Below, one piece after another: positions 7,389 to 16,596 of a stretch of DNA of 23,128 nt; position 1 is the first letter of the stretch, and every line of letters begins with the position of its first letter. This DNA comes from a virus: IMG/VR virus record IMGVR_UViG_3300029825_000002, positions 1-23,128 of that record, one strand, 5' to 3'. Under the pieces are notes generated by a model that was given only the letters and a program-made list of their open reading frames with translations, was not told the DNA's origin and did no database searches. Both the position numbers and the translations under genes were made by a program.

Positions 7389-8843
7389 ATGACAACTTAT
7401 CAAAGACCAGATGTTTACATGGAAAGACAAGAAAGTAAACAGGTTACTATAGGTCAAGAAACATCATCATCTACTGGTGCTATAATAGCTAAGTTCAGAA
7501 GAGGACCTATAAATAAACCAACTTTAGTTTCTAGTTGGACAGACTTTTTAAACAAGTTTGCTAGAGGTTTGGATACACCATACCTAGCAGACGATTATGG
7601 TACTTACAGTGTTTTTGGATTTTTTCAAAATGGAGGTAATTTACTCTATATAGATAGAATAGCAAAGTCGGCTGCAAAAGCAACTATTATGATACCTACT
7701 ACAAGTGGTGTAAACTATACTGCTGTAGATGAAGGGTCATGGGCGAATACATTATTAAAAGTAGATATAACTGCTAATGCTAAGGATGCAACTTTATTTG
7801 ATATAAAAGTAACCTTTAATAACAATGTAGTAGAAACTTATATAGGTGTAGGAAATGATGCTACTAAGAGTAACTATTATGGATTAAATATTAATGGTAT
7901 TAGTAAGTATATTACTATAGAAGAAAATAAAACTATAGCAGTAGGTAATGGAACTCTTGCGGGTGGAACAGATGGAACTGGAGAAACAGATGCAGATTAT
8001 ATAAGTGCTATGAGTGATTTTGATAAAATAACCGATTGTCGAATGATAGCAGTACCAGGTAAAACCACAGCAGCTATTCAAAATGGTTTACTTGCTTATT
8101 GTGATTTAAATCAAAGAATGTACCCAATATTAGATTCAGTTAATGATGCAGATTCAGAAGCAGTAATTACAGCTAGACAAGCATTGTCAGCAGATACAGG
8201 TGGTATAAAAGATGCATGGATTTATGTAGCTGACCCAATATCACCTGTAGGAAAGTTAAAAGCTGTCCCTGGTAGTGGTCATGCTATGGGAATAATGGCA
8301 AGAACTGATGCTGCTAGAAATGTAAATAAAGCAGCAGCAGGAACAGAAGCTATAATTAGAGGTGCAGTTTCTTTAGTAAATGAGAGAACTGACCCAGAAA
8401 TAGGACTTTTAAATATGGCAGATATACAATGTGCTAGAGTTATACCAGGTATTGGTATAGTAATGTGGGGAGCTAGGAGTTTAAATGATGCAGACCCTAA
8501 GCTGAAGTATGAAACAGATATAAGATATAGAATAATGGTAGAACAATCATTAAAGAAAGGAACTTTATTTGCTTGTTTTGAACCTTCTGATACTATTCTA
8601 TGGAATAAGTTAGATACTTCTGTTAGAACATTTTTAAATGAAAGATATTTAGCAGGAGAATTAAAAGGTACAAAACCAGAAGAAGCATATTATGTTAAAT
8701 GTGATGCAGAATTAAATACAGAAGAAGTACAAGATTCTGGACGAGTATTATGCGAATATGGTTATGCTAATAAGAAACCAGGAGAATTTATTGTATTGAC
8801 ACTTGTTCAAATGACAGCTAGTACATCAACTAGTAATTCTTAA
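7389..8843 (+). CDS. Contractile tail sheath protein
   Basis: N-terminal YQRPDVYME, RGPINKPTLVSSWTDF and FFQNGG..LYI.RI; C-terminal WGARSL, FEP....LW and KPGEFIVL are all sheath-family motifs. Confidence 0.95.
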   Translation: MTTYQRPDVYMERQESKQVTIGQETSSSTGAIIAKFRRGPINKPTLVSSWTDFLNKFARGLDTPYLADDYGTYSVFGFFQNGGNLLYIDRIAKSAAKATIMIPTTSGVNYTAVDEGSWANTLLKVDITANAKDATLFDIKVTFNNNVVETYIGVGNDATKSNYYGLNINGISKYITIEENKTIAVGNGTLAGGTDGTGETDADYISAMSDFDKITDCRMIAVPGKTTAAIQNGLLAYCDLNQRMYPILDSVNDADSEAVITARQALSADTGGIKDAWIYVADPISPVGKLKAVPGSGHAMGIMARTDAARNVNKAAAGTEAIIRGAVSLVNERTDPEIGLLNMADIQCARVIPGIGIVMWGARSLNDADPKLKYETDIRYRIMVEQSLKKGTLFACFEPSDTILWNKLDTSVRTFLNERYLAGELKGTKPEEAYYVKCDAELNTEEVQDSGRVLCEYGYANKKPGEFIVLTLVQMTASTSTSNS

Positions 8844-8860
8844 TAAGGAGGTAATAAAAC

Positions 8861-9361
8861 ATGGATAATATACTAAAAGTAATTAAGAATAAAATAGAAA
8901 TTCCACATATTATAATTCCTGCAAGTGCTATGGGTAGAAGTAGAAAAGATGACCCATTACAGAAATTTAAATTTTTAATTTCTATACCAGGTTTGCCTGC
9001 AGGAATGGGTTTTAGTAAATGTTCTGGATTAAAGAGAGAAATTGGGGCAGTAGAGTATCGTGAAAGTGGTTACGACCACACCCATAAACTTATTGGTATA
9101 GAGAAGGTTAACCCTGTTACATTAGAAAGAGGAATGTATATAGACTCTTCTCTTGAAGACCAGTATAAAGCTGTAGTAGCAGGACAAGATACTAGAACAA
9201 CTATTACTGTTACACAAATGACCCCTGATGGTCAACCTGCTAGAAGTTGGAACTTGGCTGAAGCATGGATAAACAAATGGGAAACAGATAACTTTGACGC
9301 AAAGTCTTCAGACCCACAAGTAGAAAAACTTTCAATAGAATTTGAATATTTCTTAGTATAG
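8861..9361 (+). CDS. Tail tube protein (T4 gp19 / eCIS Afp1-like) with 23-aa N-terminal leader
   Basis: Motifs DPLQKFKF, GFSKCSGL, VEYRESG, VTLERG and WNLAEAWINKW...FDAKS...VEKLSIEFE. SD AAGGAGGT sits before ATG 8861, while none precedes Met24. Confidence 0.93.
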   Translation: MDNILKVIKNKIEIPHIIIPASAMGRSRKDDPLQKFKFLISIPGLPAGMGFSKCSGLKREIGAVEYRESGYDHTHKLIGIEKVNPVTLERGMYIDSSLEDQYKAVVAGQDTRTTITVTQMTPDGQPARSWNLAEAWINKWETDNFDAKSSDPQVEKLSIEFEYFLV

Positions 9362-9365
9362 GAAT

Positions 9366-9396
9366 AAGGAGAGATTATATCTCTCCTTTATTTTTT
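9366..9396 (+). terminator. Intrinsic terminator after tail tube gene
   Basis: 10-bp stem AAGGAGAGAT / ATCTCTCCTT with a 3-nt loop, followed by TATTTTTT. Confidence 0.88.
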
Positions 9397-9459
9397 GGTT
9401 TATTTGAGTTATTATATAGATAGGTTAATTTAATACAGAAATTAAGGAGGAAAATTAAA

Positions 9460-10209
9460 ATGAAAAAAATTGAGGATTATGAAACAGCAGAAGGTAATTT
9501 GGTGACAGGGTATAAAGATGGAGAAAATTTGTATAAGGACTTCACTGTTCGTGAAATGGATGGTAGAGATACAGAAGCAGTAGCCGAGGTAAAGAATAAT
9601 GGAGCTAAATTTTTAAGAACTCTAGTTACTAGATGTTGTGTCAGAATAGGTGACTTGCATAAAGAAGATTATAAAAGAAAAGAAGATTGGACAAAAATAG
9701 TACAAGGTTTAACTACTATGGATAGGGATACAATAGTATTGAAAATAAGAGAAATATCTGTTGGGGAGGAAATAGAAAGTAATGCTGTATGCCCTCAATG
9801 TGGACAGAAAATAGTAAATACAATAACACTGGATGAAGTACCTTTTGTAGAATTTGATGGTGATTTTATAAAACCTGTTGAACTCCCAAAAGGACTTAAA
9901 GATAAAAATGGTGAAGTTCATACTACAGGAACATTTAGATTACCAAATACTTTAGATGCTGAAGTGTTAGACCCTGTATTACGAAAGAATGTAGCAACAG
10001 CAGATACTTTGTTACTAGCAAGGTGTCTGAAGTTGGATGGGGTTACAATGTATAATGATATAGCTAGAGATTTAACTGTTAAGGATAGAAAATATCTTTT
10101 TGACATAATGAAAGATATGAAATGTGGTTATGATTTTATAGCAGATGTAGATTGCCCTCAATGTGGACACGCATTTAAAGCTAACTTAAATCTTGTGGAT
10201 TTTATATAA
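9460..10209 (+). CDS. Tail assembly chaperone (two-repeat, CxxC-containing; T4 gp26-like pattern)
   Basis: Lies between tube and tape measure; two homologous halves each end in CPQCG; SD AAGGAGG. Confidence 0.8.
   Translation: MKKIEDYETAEGNLVTGYKDGENLYKDFTVREMDGRDTEAVAEVKNNGAKFLRTLVTRCCVRIGDLHKEDYKRKEDWTKIVQGLTTMDRDTIVLKIREISVGEEIESNAVCPQCGQKIVNTITLDEVPFVEFDGDFIKPVELPKGLKDKNGEVHTTGTFRLPNTLDAEVLDPVLRKNVATADTLLLARCLKLDGVTMYNDIARDLTVKDRKYLFDIMKDMKCGYDFIADVDCPQCGHAFKANLNLVDFI
10197..10203 (+). other. Predicted -1 programmed ribosomal frameshift site G GAT TTT
   Basis: The heptamer ends one codon before the chaperone stop. The -1 frame is open from 10185 through the 10269-10490 ORF. Confidence 0.7.
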
Positions 10210-10268
10210 CCACATTTCTTTTTAAGGATATACTTTTAAATAATAACTTTAATGTAGCCAAGGTACAG

Positions 10269-10490
10269 ATGCACCAGTTAGCTTATGCTTATCACTGGTC
10301 TCCCGAAGTACTTTGGCTTTTATCAAATAAAGAAAGAGAAATGTGGTATGACTTACTAATGCAACAAATTAATCAGGAAGAAGCGGCTGCAAATAAAGAA
10401 CCTATTCCTTCATGGGACTTTCCTGATGATAATGATGAAGATATTATTGAAGCTTTGAATTATAACGTAGAACAAAATGAAGAAGAATAA
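10269..10490 (+). CDS. Frameshift extension of tail assembly chaperone (lambda gpGT-like; DUF6760-like motif)
   Basis: Motif HQLAYAYHWS.E.LW.L...ER..W. It is in the -1 frame relative to 9460-10209, has no strong SD, and directly precedes the tape measure. Confidence 0.75.
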   Translation: MHQLAYAYHWSPEVLWLLSNKEREMWYDLLMQQINQEEAAANKEPIPSWDFPDDNDEDIIEALNYNVEQNEEE

Positions 10491-10519
10491 CATAAAAATT
10501 AAGTCAGAAAGGAGGAATA

Positions 10520-13500
10520 ATGGACAATGAAAATTTCTTTGGTTTAGGTATAAATATTAGTTTTAATGATGGTGGTATTGCTACTAAATTAATGGGTGCC
10601 GAAAATGCTTTTAGACAAACTAAGGATTCAGCTTCTAGTATGTCAGGTTCTATAGATAAAAGTTCTGATTCTTTTTCCAGATTAACTAATGCAGCAGGAA
10701 TGATGACTTATGTTGGTTCTTCCATAAGAAGTATGGGGGAAAATATAATAGGTGGATTAGCTAAAGCAAGTGAAGCAGCAATGGAATATCAAAAAGAAAT
10801 GCAGGTACTAAGATTTGTTACTAATGGTACTGCACAAGATATGCAAAAGTATGGACAAATAGCAATAGAAATTGGAGAAAAAACAGCTTTTGCACCTAAA
10901 GAAACAATACAAGCTATGCAAAATTTAGCTAGTGCAGGATTAACTATGAATCAAGTATTGGGTAAAAGTACAGAAGGTATTTCTACATTACAAAATACTT
11001 TAAATCTAAGTTTATTATCTGGTGGCGAAATATCTCTTAGTCAAGGTGCAGATTTGATGGTCAGTGCTTTTAACAAATTTAATCTGTCCACTACACAGAG
11101 TACAAGAATAGTTAATGAATTTGCACAAGCAGCTAATGTTACCTCACTTAAATTTAGTGATTTAGCACCATTTATTAATTCTCTTGGTGATGCTCCTGCT
11201 AAGTTACAAGTACCAATGGAACAAATACTTGCTCTTGGTGGTTTACTTAAAGATATGGGTGAACAGGGGGCACAAGCAGGTGCTACAGTAAATGGATTTG
11301 CTAGACAATTATTAATATTAAGTAGACAAATGGATAATATGGCTATCACTAAAGGTCAAAGTAGAATGAAAATTAAATCTAAGTATCTTGAAAGTTTAGG
11401 ATTAGATGACCAAACAATTTGGGATGCTAAAGGTAATATGAAGTCTTTAACAGATATAATGGATAACTTGATTAAACAAACAGCTAATATGTCACAAAAA
11501 CAAAAAACACTAGCATTTAATACTTTATTTGGAGACCAGGCTTCTAATGCTTTACAAGCTGTAGATAATGCTCAAAAAGCATATATGAAGTTTGATGCGA
11601 CTAAGGGTAAGTATGTAATGATGACAGATGCAGAAATGAAAGCTAATGGACAAAGTAAAAGGTCATTAGATGAATTAACTAAGTCTATAGCTAATAGTTA
11701 TGGTGTTAGTGCTAATGGTGCAAAACAGATGATGAATACTGCTTGGGGTGTTAATAAAATAATGCATGATAGTTTCTCAACATTACTAGTAACTGTGGGA
11801 ACAACTATACAACCTGTAGTTATGGGAGTAGAAAAAATTATAACAGCAGTATTAAGAATGGGAATAGCTTTTACACAGAATCATCCTTATATAACTCAAT
11901 TTTTAACCACTTTAATGGCACTTACAGGAGGTATCTTAGTATTAGTTGGAACTTTTGTTATACTTTCTGGAGCTATCATTGGTATTAGAGCTATATTTGG
12001 AGAACTTGGTTCAATAGTAGTACCCGCTTTAGCTAAGTCTCTTGGATTAGTTAGTGAAGAAGCACTTGCAGGAACAAAAGGTATAGAAGCTTTTAGCATA
12101 ACAATGTCTAGTGCTATAACTAAACTTGCTCCCTTTGCCATAGCATCCGCAGGAATATATTTAGCTTGGAAAACTAACTTCATGGGACTTAGAACTTTTG
12201 TAGATGATACATTATCAGGCATAAATAAATCCATGTCAGATTCAACTAAAATGGCAGGAGAAAACGCAGTAGAATTAAAAAAGTCATTAACTGACTTAGA
12301 TACAAAACATGATTTCTTTAGTGGATTAACTAAGTCTATGACTAAAGTAAAAGTTTTGTGGAAGGATACTGTAACTGTATTTAATGGTAACAAGTTATCC
12401 CCACAACAAATACAAATAGTGAATGAACTTGGACTAGAGCCTTTCATTAAAAATATGGAAAGTGCAAAAGATGTAATACAATCATTTACGAAAGGTTGTG
12501 TAGAAGGATTTACTATAGTAAGCAATATCGGAAAAACAGTATTACAGTTCTTTGTGGGAATGATTTCAGATGTATTAAAACTTTTATCTAAATTACCTTT
12601 GGGGGCAGTATCTAAAGGTATTGCAGATATAGGTTCTGGTGCTAATAAAATAACTTCAAAACCTGCGGAAGACTTGGGAAAAGCTTTCGGAGTAATTGGG
12701 ACAGTTTTAGTAACATATAAGATAGCAACTTCAATATGGAGTATAGTAAGTTCAATAGCAGGTTTAACTAAAACAATGGCAGTTTTCACAGTTACTAAAT
12801 TTGTATCAGGTATAGGAGCTATGGGAGAAGCTCTAGCATCTTTAGGATTAGCTTTTATAGATGTAGGAGCTAGAATGATGTTAAGTCCTACTACTTGGAT
12901 TGTCTTAGGTATAGTTGGTGCGGTATCCGCGATTTATTTGTTAATAAAAAATTGGGATACTTTAAAAAAGAAAACAGAAGAAGTTTGGAGTAGCATTGGT
13001 AATACAGTTAAAAATGCAGGACAAAGTATTGGACAAGGAATAAATAGTTATATAATAAATCCAGTTAAGAATTTAGCTAGTACTATTGGTAAAGCAATAA
13101 ATATGAATCCTTTAGCTTCATCAATAGTAAAAGGTATAGTTGGCATTGGAAGTGGCATAGTAAGTGCAGGTAAAAGTATTGGCTCTAATTTAGTACAAGG
13201 TATACAGAATGGTTTAGCTAACTTAAAAGGTAATGCTAATATAGCTTATACTTATATAATAAAACCTTTAATGGGTTCTCTTGGTTCTATTGGTAAAGAT
13301 ATTGGAGCATCCTTAAAATCTGTTGGCGGTTCTCTTTTAGAAATTCCTAAAGCATTAGGTAATGGAGTTGTACAGTTAGTAAAAGCAGTATTTTCTCCTT
13401 TACAATTAAACTTTGAGAATATAAAACATTGGGTAGAACCAGTTAAAGGTATATTTAAAGGTTTATGGTCAAGTGCAGGTGAAGGTTTGGGAAGTATTAA

Positions 13501-15862
13501 ATCTTCTATAAGTAAAGCTTTTTCTCCTATAGCTAAAGACATATCTGGTCAGCTAAATGGTGCAAAGAAAGAAGTAACTAAGTTTGTGGGGGATTTTAAA
13601 CAAGCTTGGGGAGGAATAGCTAAAGCTGTTATGGCTTCACCTGTTGGGACATTAATTTCGGGGGCATTTAAAGGAATAGGTTTAGCATTAGCTGTAGTAA
13701 AAACAACCGTAACAAATGTAGTAAGTTTTATAGCTAGTCATTTATCTATTTTAGGTAATCCTATAAAAGCTGTAGCATTAGGTTTTAGTCTCTGGTATCA
13801 TGGTTTAGCTACTATTATCAATTTTGCCACACCAGTATTTTCTACTATAATAAGGTTATTAGGATTAGTTGGTTCTGCTGTACTAAGTGTTGTTAGATTA
13901 ATTGCAGGTTCAGCTATTGTTGGTATTATAAAAGGTATTGGAACATTCATAGTGGGAACTGTAACTAATATAATTACTACTATAGGAGGAATAATTCGGG
14001 GTGGAATACAAATAATTGGTGGAATAATTAAAGTAGTATGGAGTGTAGTATCTAATATATTTTTAATGATAGGTAATCTGATTAGTGGTAATTGGAGTGC
14101 AGCTTGGCATAACTTTACTTCTATATTTACTGGAGCTTGGAGTGGAATAACATCTATATTTAAAGGTGTTGGAACAATACTTGGAAGTTTAATAAAAGGT
14201 ATACTTACTGAATTTGTGGTTTGGGGTAAATCTATAGTTTCCGCTGTATTTGGTGCTTTTGATGCAGTTAAAAAGTTATTTCCTGCTTTCTTAGCAGACA
14301 TGAAGAATGTTGGGGGTAAAATAATATCGACTATAGCAGATGGAGTAAAAGGTGCTTGGAAGACATTAAAAGATGCTGTAAGTGGAGTATTTGATAAAGT
14401 TAAAGGACTATTCCCTCATTCAGATGCAAAGGAAGGACCTTTTAGTAACTTAACTGATAGTGGTAGAAAACTTATATCAACTATGGCAAGTGGGGTTGGA
14501 AAAGAAAGTAGCACATTAAAAAATTCTATAGCAAAAGTATTTAGTGAAGCTAATACTAATAAGTTAAATTTGGGAGTAAATAAGAATTCCTTAAATAGTT
14601 CTATGAATAATTTAAATGCTAGTGTATCAGGTGCATTAAATAATATTAATCCTACACAGATGGGTCAAAATATGCCTAAACAGTTTGGGGTAGGTATACA
14701 AAATAATATGAAAAATGCAACAGATGCTACTACTCAATTAACTACTGGAATATCTAACGTAGAGAATAAATTAATTCAGGATAATATACCTTATGGTCAT
14801 GATACAGTGCAGAACTATATGGATGGATTAAATGATTATGCTTCTAATCTATTAAATACATCTAATCAAGTAACAACTTCAGGGGTAAGAAATCCTATAA
14901 AGACATTAATAAATGATAACTTAACTTATGGACAAGAAATGGTACAAGAATTTATTGATGGTATAAATGCTTCTTCGGGAAATTTAACCTCTACTGTAAA
15001 GACATTAACTGATAAAGTAATTCAGACTTTTAAAGAAGGTTTTGGAATTCATTCTCCATCAAAAGTCATGTTCCAAATGGGTATGTATTTGATACAAGGC
15101 TTAGTAAATGGTATGACTTCAAAAGATATGAACTCATTTGTTAAGAATTGGGTAGGTTCTATGATGCAAGGTGCAACTGGAGAATTATCACAATGGATAG
15201 CAATAGCAATGGCACTTACTGGAGTTCCTTCTACATGGTTTGCTCCTTTATCCACAATTATACAACATGAATCTGGTGGAAATCCATTAAGTATAAACTT
15301 ATGGGATAGTAACGCAGCAGCAGGTCATCCATCAAAAGGTTTAATGCAATTAATTGATGATAATATGAAATTTGCACTACCTGGAATGAATGACATTTGG
15401 AATCCTATAGATAATATAGCAGCAGGCATTGGTTATATTAAATCTCGATATGGAGATATATTTAATGTACCAGGTGTAAAAGCTGTGGCAGAAGGAAGAC
15501 CTTATGTTGGATATATAAATGGTACAGAGGATGCAACACCAGGAATACATCAATTATCAGAAGATGATAATTTAGAGATAGTAATGGGTAAATCTTTAAA
15601 GAATTTTAAAGGGCATGAAACAGTATTAAATAATAAGGATAGCATGAACCTTTTAAGAGCTGCTTCTCGTCCTAATGTTTCAAATAATAGTTCAAATTCA
15701 ACTAGTGAAGGAGCTAGTATAGATAATTCAATTACATTAGAAAAAGGAGCTATTATAATTAATACTCAACTTGGACAAGATACTAAAGCTATTGCAGATG
15801 AAGTTATAAAGAGATTAGAACAAAAACAAAGAAAAGCTAAATTACAGACTTATCAATATTAG
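10520..15862 (+). CDS. Tape measure protein (TP901-like core) with C-terminal lytic transglycosylase (SLT) domain
   Basis: 1780 aa, Ala/Gly/Ile/Ser-rich helical. N-terminal core with TAFAPKETIQAMQNLASAG, Trp/Phe-periodic repeats, and C-terminal IIQHESGGNP...SKGLMQLI...DNIAAGIGYIKSRYG. Confidence 0.95.
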   Translation: MDNENFFGLGINISFNDGGIATKLMGAENAFRQTKDSASSMSGSIDKSSDSFSRLTNAAGMMTYVGSSIRSMGENIIGGLAKASEAAMEYQKEMQVLRFVTNGTAQDMQKYGQIAIEIGEKTAFAPKETIQAMQNLASAGLTMNQVLGKSTEGISTLQNTLNLSLLSGGEISLSQGADLMVSAFNKFNLSTTQSTRIVNEFAQAANVTSLKFSDLAPFINSLGDAPAKLQVPMEQILALGGLLKDMGEQGAQAGATVNGFARQLLILSRQMDNMAITKGQSRMKIKSKYLESLGLDDQTIWDAKGNMKSLTDIMDNLIKQTANMSQKQKTLAFNTLFGDQASNALQAVDNAQKAYMKFDATKGKYVMMTDAEMKANGQSKRSLDELTKSIANSYGVSANGAKQMMNTAWGVNKIMHDSFSTLLVTVGTTIQPVVMGVEKIITAVLRMGIAFTQNHPYITQFLTTLMALTGGILVLVGTFVILSGAIIGIRAIFGELGSIVVPALAKSLGLVSEEALAGTKGIEAFSITMSSAITKLAPFAIASAGIYLAWKTNFMGLRTFVDDTLSGINKSMSDSTKMAGENAVELKKSLTDLDTKHDFFSGLTKSMTKVKVLWKDTVTVFNGNKLSPQQIQIVNELGLEPFIKNMESAKDVIQSFTKGCVEGFTIVSNIGKTVLQFFVGMISDVLKLLSKLPLGAVSKGIADIGSGANKITSKPAEDLGKAFGVIGTVLVTYKIATSIWSIVSSIAGLTKTMAVFTVTKFVSGIGAMGEALASLGLAFIDVGARMMLSPTTWIVLGIVGAVSAIYLLIKNWDTLKKKTEEVWSSIGNTVKNAGQSIGQGINSYIINPVKNLASTIGKAINMNPLASSIVKGIVGIGSGIVSAGKSIGSNLVQGIQNGLANLKGNANIAYTYIIKPLMGSLGSIGKDIGASLKSVGGSLLEIPKALGNGVVQLVKAVFSPLQLNFENIKHWVEPVKGIFKGLWSSAGEGLGSIKSSISKAFSPIAKDISGQLNGAKKEVTKFVGDFKQAWGGIAKAVMASPVGTLISGAFKGIGLALAVVKTTVTNVVSFIASHLSILGNPIKAVALGFSLWYHGLATIINFATPVFSTIIRLLGLVGSAVLSVVRLIAGSAIVGIIKGIGTFIVGTVTNIITTIGGIIRGGIQIIGGIIKVVWSVVSNIFLMIGNLISGNWSAAWHNFTSIFTGAWSGITSIFKGVGTILGSLIKGILTEFVVWGKSIVSAVFGAFDAVKKLFPAFLADMKNVGGKIISTIADGVKGAWKTLKDAVSGVFDKVKGLFPHSDAKEGPFSNLTDSGRKLISTMASGVGKESSTLKNSIAKVFSEANTNKLNLGVNKNSLNSSMNNLNASVSGALNNINPTQMGQNMPKQFGVGIQNNMKNATDATTQLTTGISNVENKLIQDNIPYGHDTVQNYMDGLNDYASNLLNTSNQVTTSGVRNPIKTLINDNLTYGQEMVQEFIDGINASSGNLTSTVKTLTDKVIQTFKEGFGIHSPSKVMFQMGMYLIQGLVNGMTSKDMNSFVKNWVGSMMQGATGELSQWIAIAMALTGVPSTWFAPLSTIIQHESGGNPLSINLWDSNAAAGHPSKGLMQLIDDNMKFALPGMNDIWNPIDNIAAGIGYIKSRYGDIFNVPGVKAVAEGRPYVGYINGTEDATPGIHQLSEDDNLEIVMGKSLKNFKGHETVLNNKDSMNLLRAASRPNVSNNSSNSTSEGASIDNSITLEKGAIIINTQLGQDTKAIADEVIKRLEQKQRKAKLQTYQY

Positions 15863-15875
15863 GAGGTGTATATAA

Positions 15876-16304
15876 ATGGGTAAGAGTGGAGCAAAAATAA
15901 AAGGATATTTAAGAAATATGGATACTGGGGAAATGAAAAGTTTTATGTTTAATCCAGAGGAATTTTCAGACCAACAGGATATAAACTTCTATGAACTGGA
16001 TTCTCCTGGTGGGAGATATCCTGTATTTAGTTATAATAATACTGGAGCAAAAAAAGTAAGTTTAGATTTATTTATGTATACACGAGATTCAGGTATACAA
16101 GGTTATTTAGACTTTTTGGATGGATTTAAACCTGACCCTGCTTACTCCCTTAGATTTTATTCCCCACCAACTATTCTTTTTGTAATGGGTCAATATATTG
16201 TAGAAGGAAATTTAACTAGTATGAAAAGAGATTTTAAAGATTTTAATACTGATTTAACCTATCGTCATGTTGAAGTTTCTTTGGAAATAACCGAGGTGAA
16301 TTAA
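15876..16304 (+). CDS. Tube initiator / baseplate-proximal tube protein (contractile injection system tube-like)
   Basis: FMFNPEEF, VSLDLF, PPTILFVMG and VEVSLEITE pattern; follows the tape measure. Confidence 0.7.
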   Translation: MGKSGAKIKGYLRNMDTGEMKSFMFNPEEFSDQQDINFYELDSPGGRYPVFSYNNTGAKKVSLDLFMYTRDSGIQGYLDFLDGFKPDPAYSLRFYSPPTILFVMGQYIVEGNLTSMKRDFKDFNTDLTYRHVEVSLEITEVN

Positions 16305-16305
16305 T

Positions 16306-16596
16306 ATGATATATCAAGATAGTAGGTATACACAAACAGATTTAATAATACATGAGGGAAAACAAATATTTAAAATAAGAGATTTAGTAAATTTAAATAT
16401 GGATAATGCTACTCATTATATATTTAAACAAGGTGATAGATTAGATATATTGGCAGATAAGTATTTGGGGGATGCACAATTATATTGGGTAATTCTTGAT
16501 TGTAACCCCCAATATATGTGGGAAGGTGATATACAATATGGTGATGTAATATTAATACCTAATGAACAGGAAGTGATTAAATGGCTGAACCAGTAG
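16306..16596 (+). CDS. LysM-like baseplate protein (P2 gpX-like)
   Basis: YIFKQGDRLDILADKYLGDAQLYWVILDCNP...GDVILIP. Confidence 0.85.
   Translation: MIYQDSRYTQTDLIIHEGKQIFKIRDLVNLNMDNATHYIFKQGDRLDILADKYLGDAQLYWVILDCNPQYMWEGDIQYGDVILIPNEQEVIKWLNQ

Noticed and set aside
1574-10106. Short minus-strand ORFs overlapping portal, scaffold, neck, sheath and chaperone genes
   Set aside because: They overlap confident + strand genes, and several are Phe/Ile/Tyr-rich mirror images of Lys/Glu/Asn codons.
11041-15255. Minus-strand ORFs inside the tape measure, including a 297-aa ORF at 11896-12789
   Set aside because: They are antisense shadows of a long Gly/Ala/Ile-rich gene with biased codons; the translations are Pro/Ile/Ser-rich with no recognisable domain.
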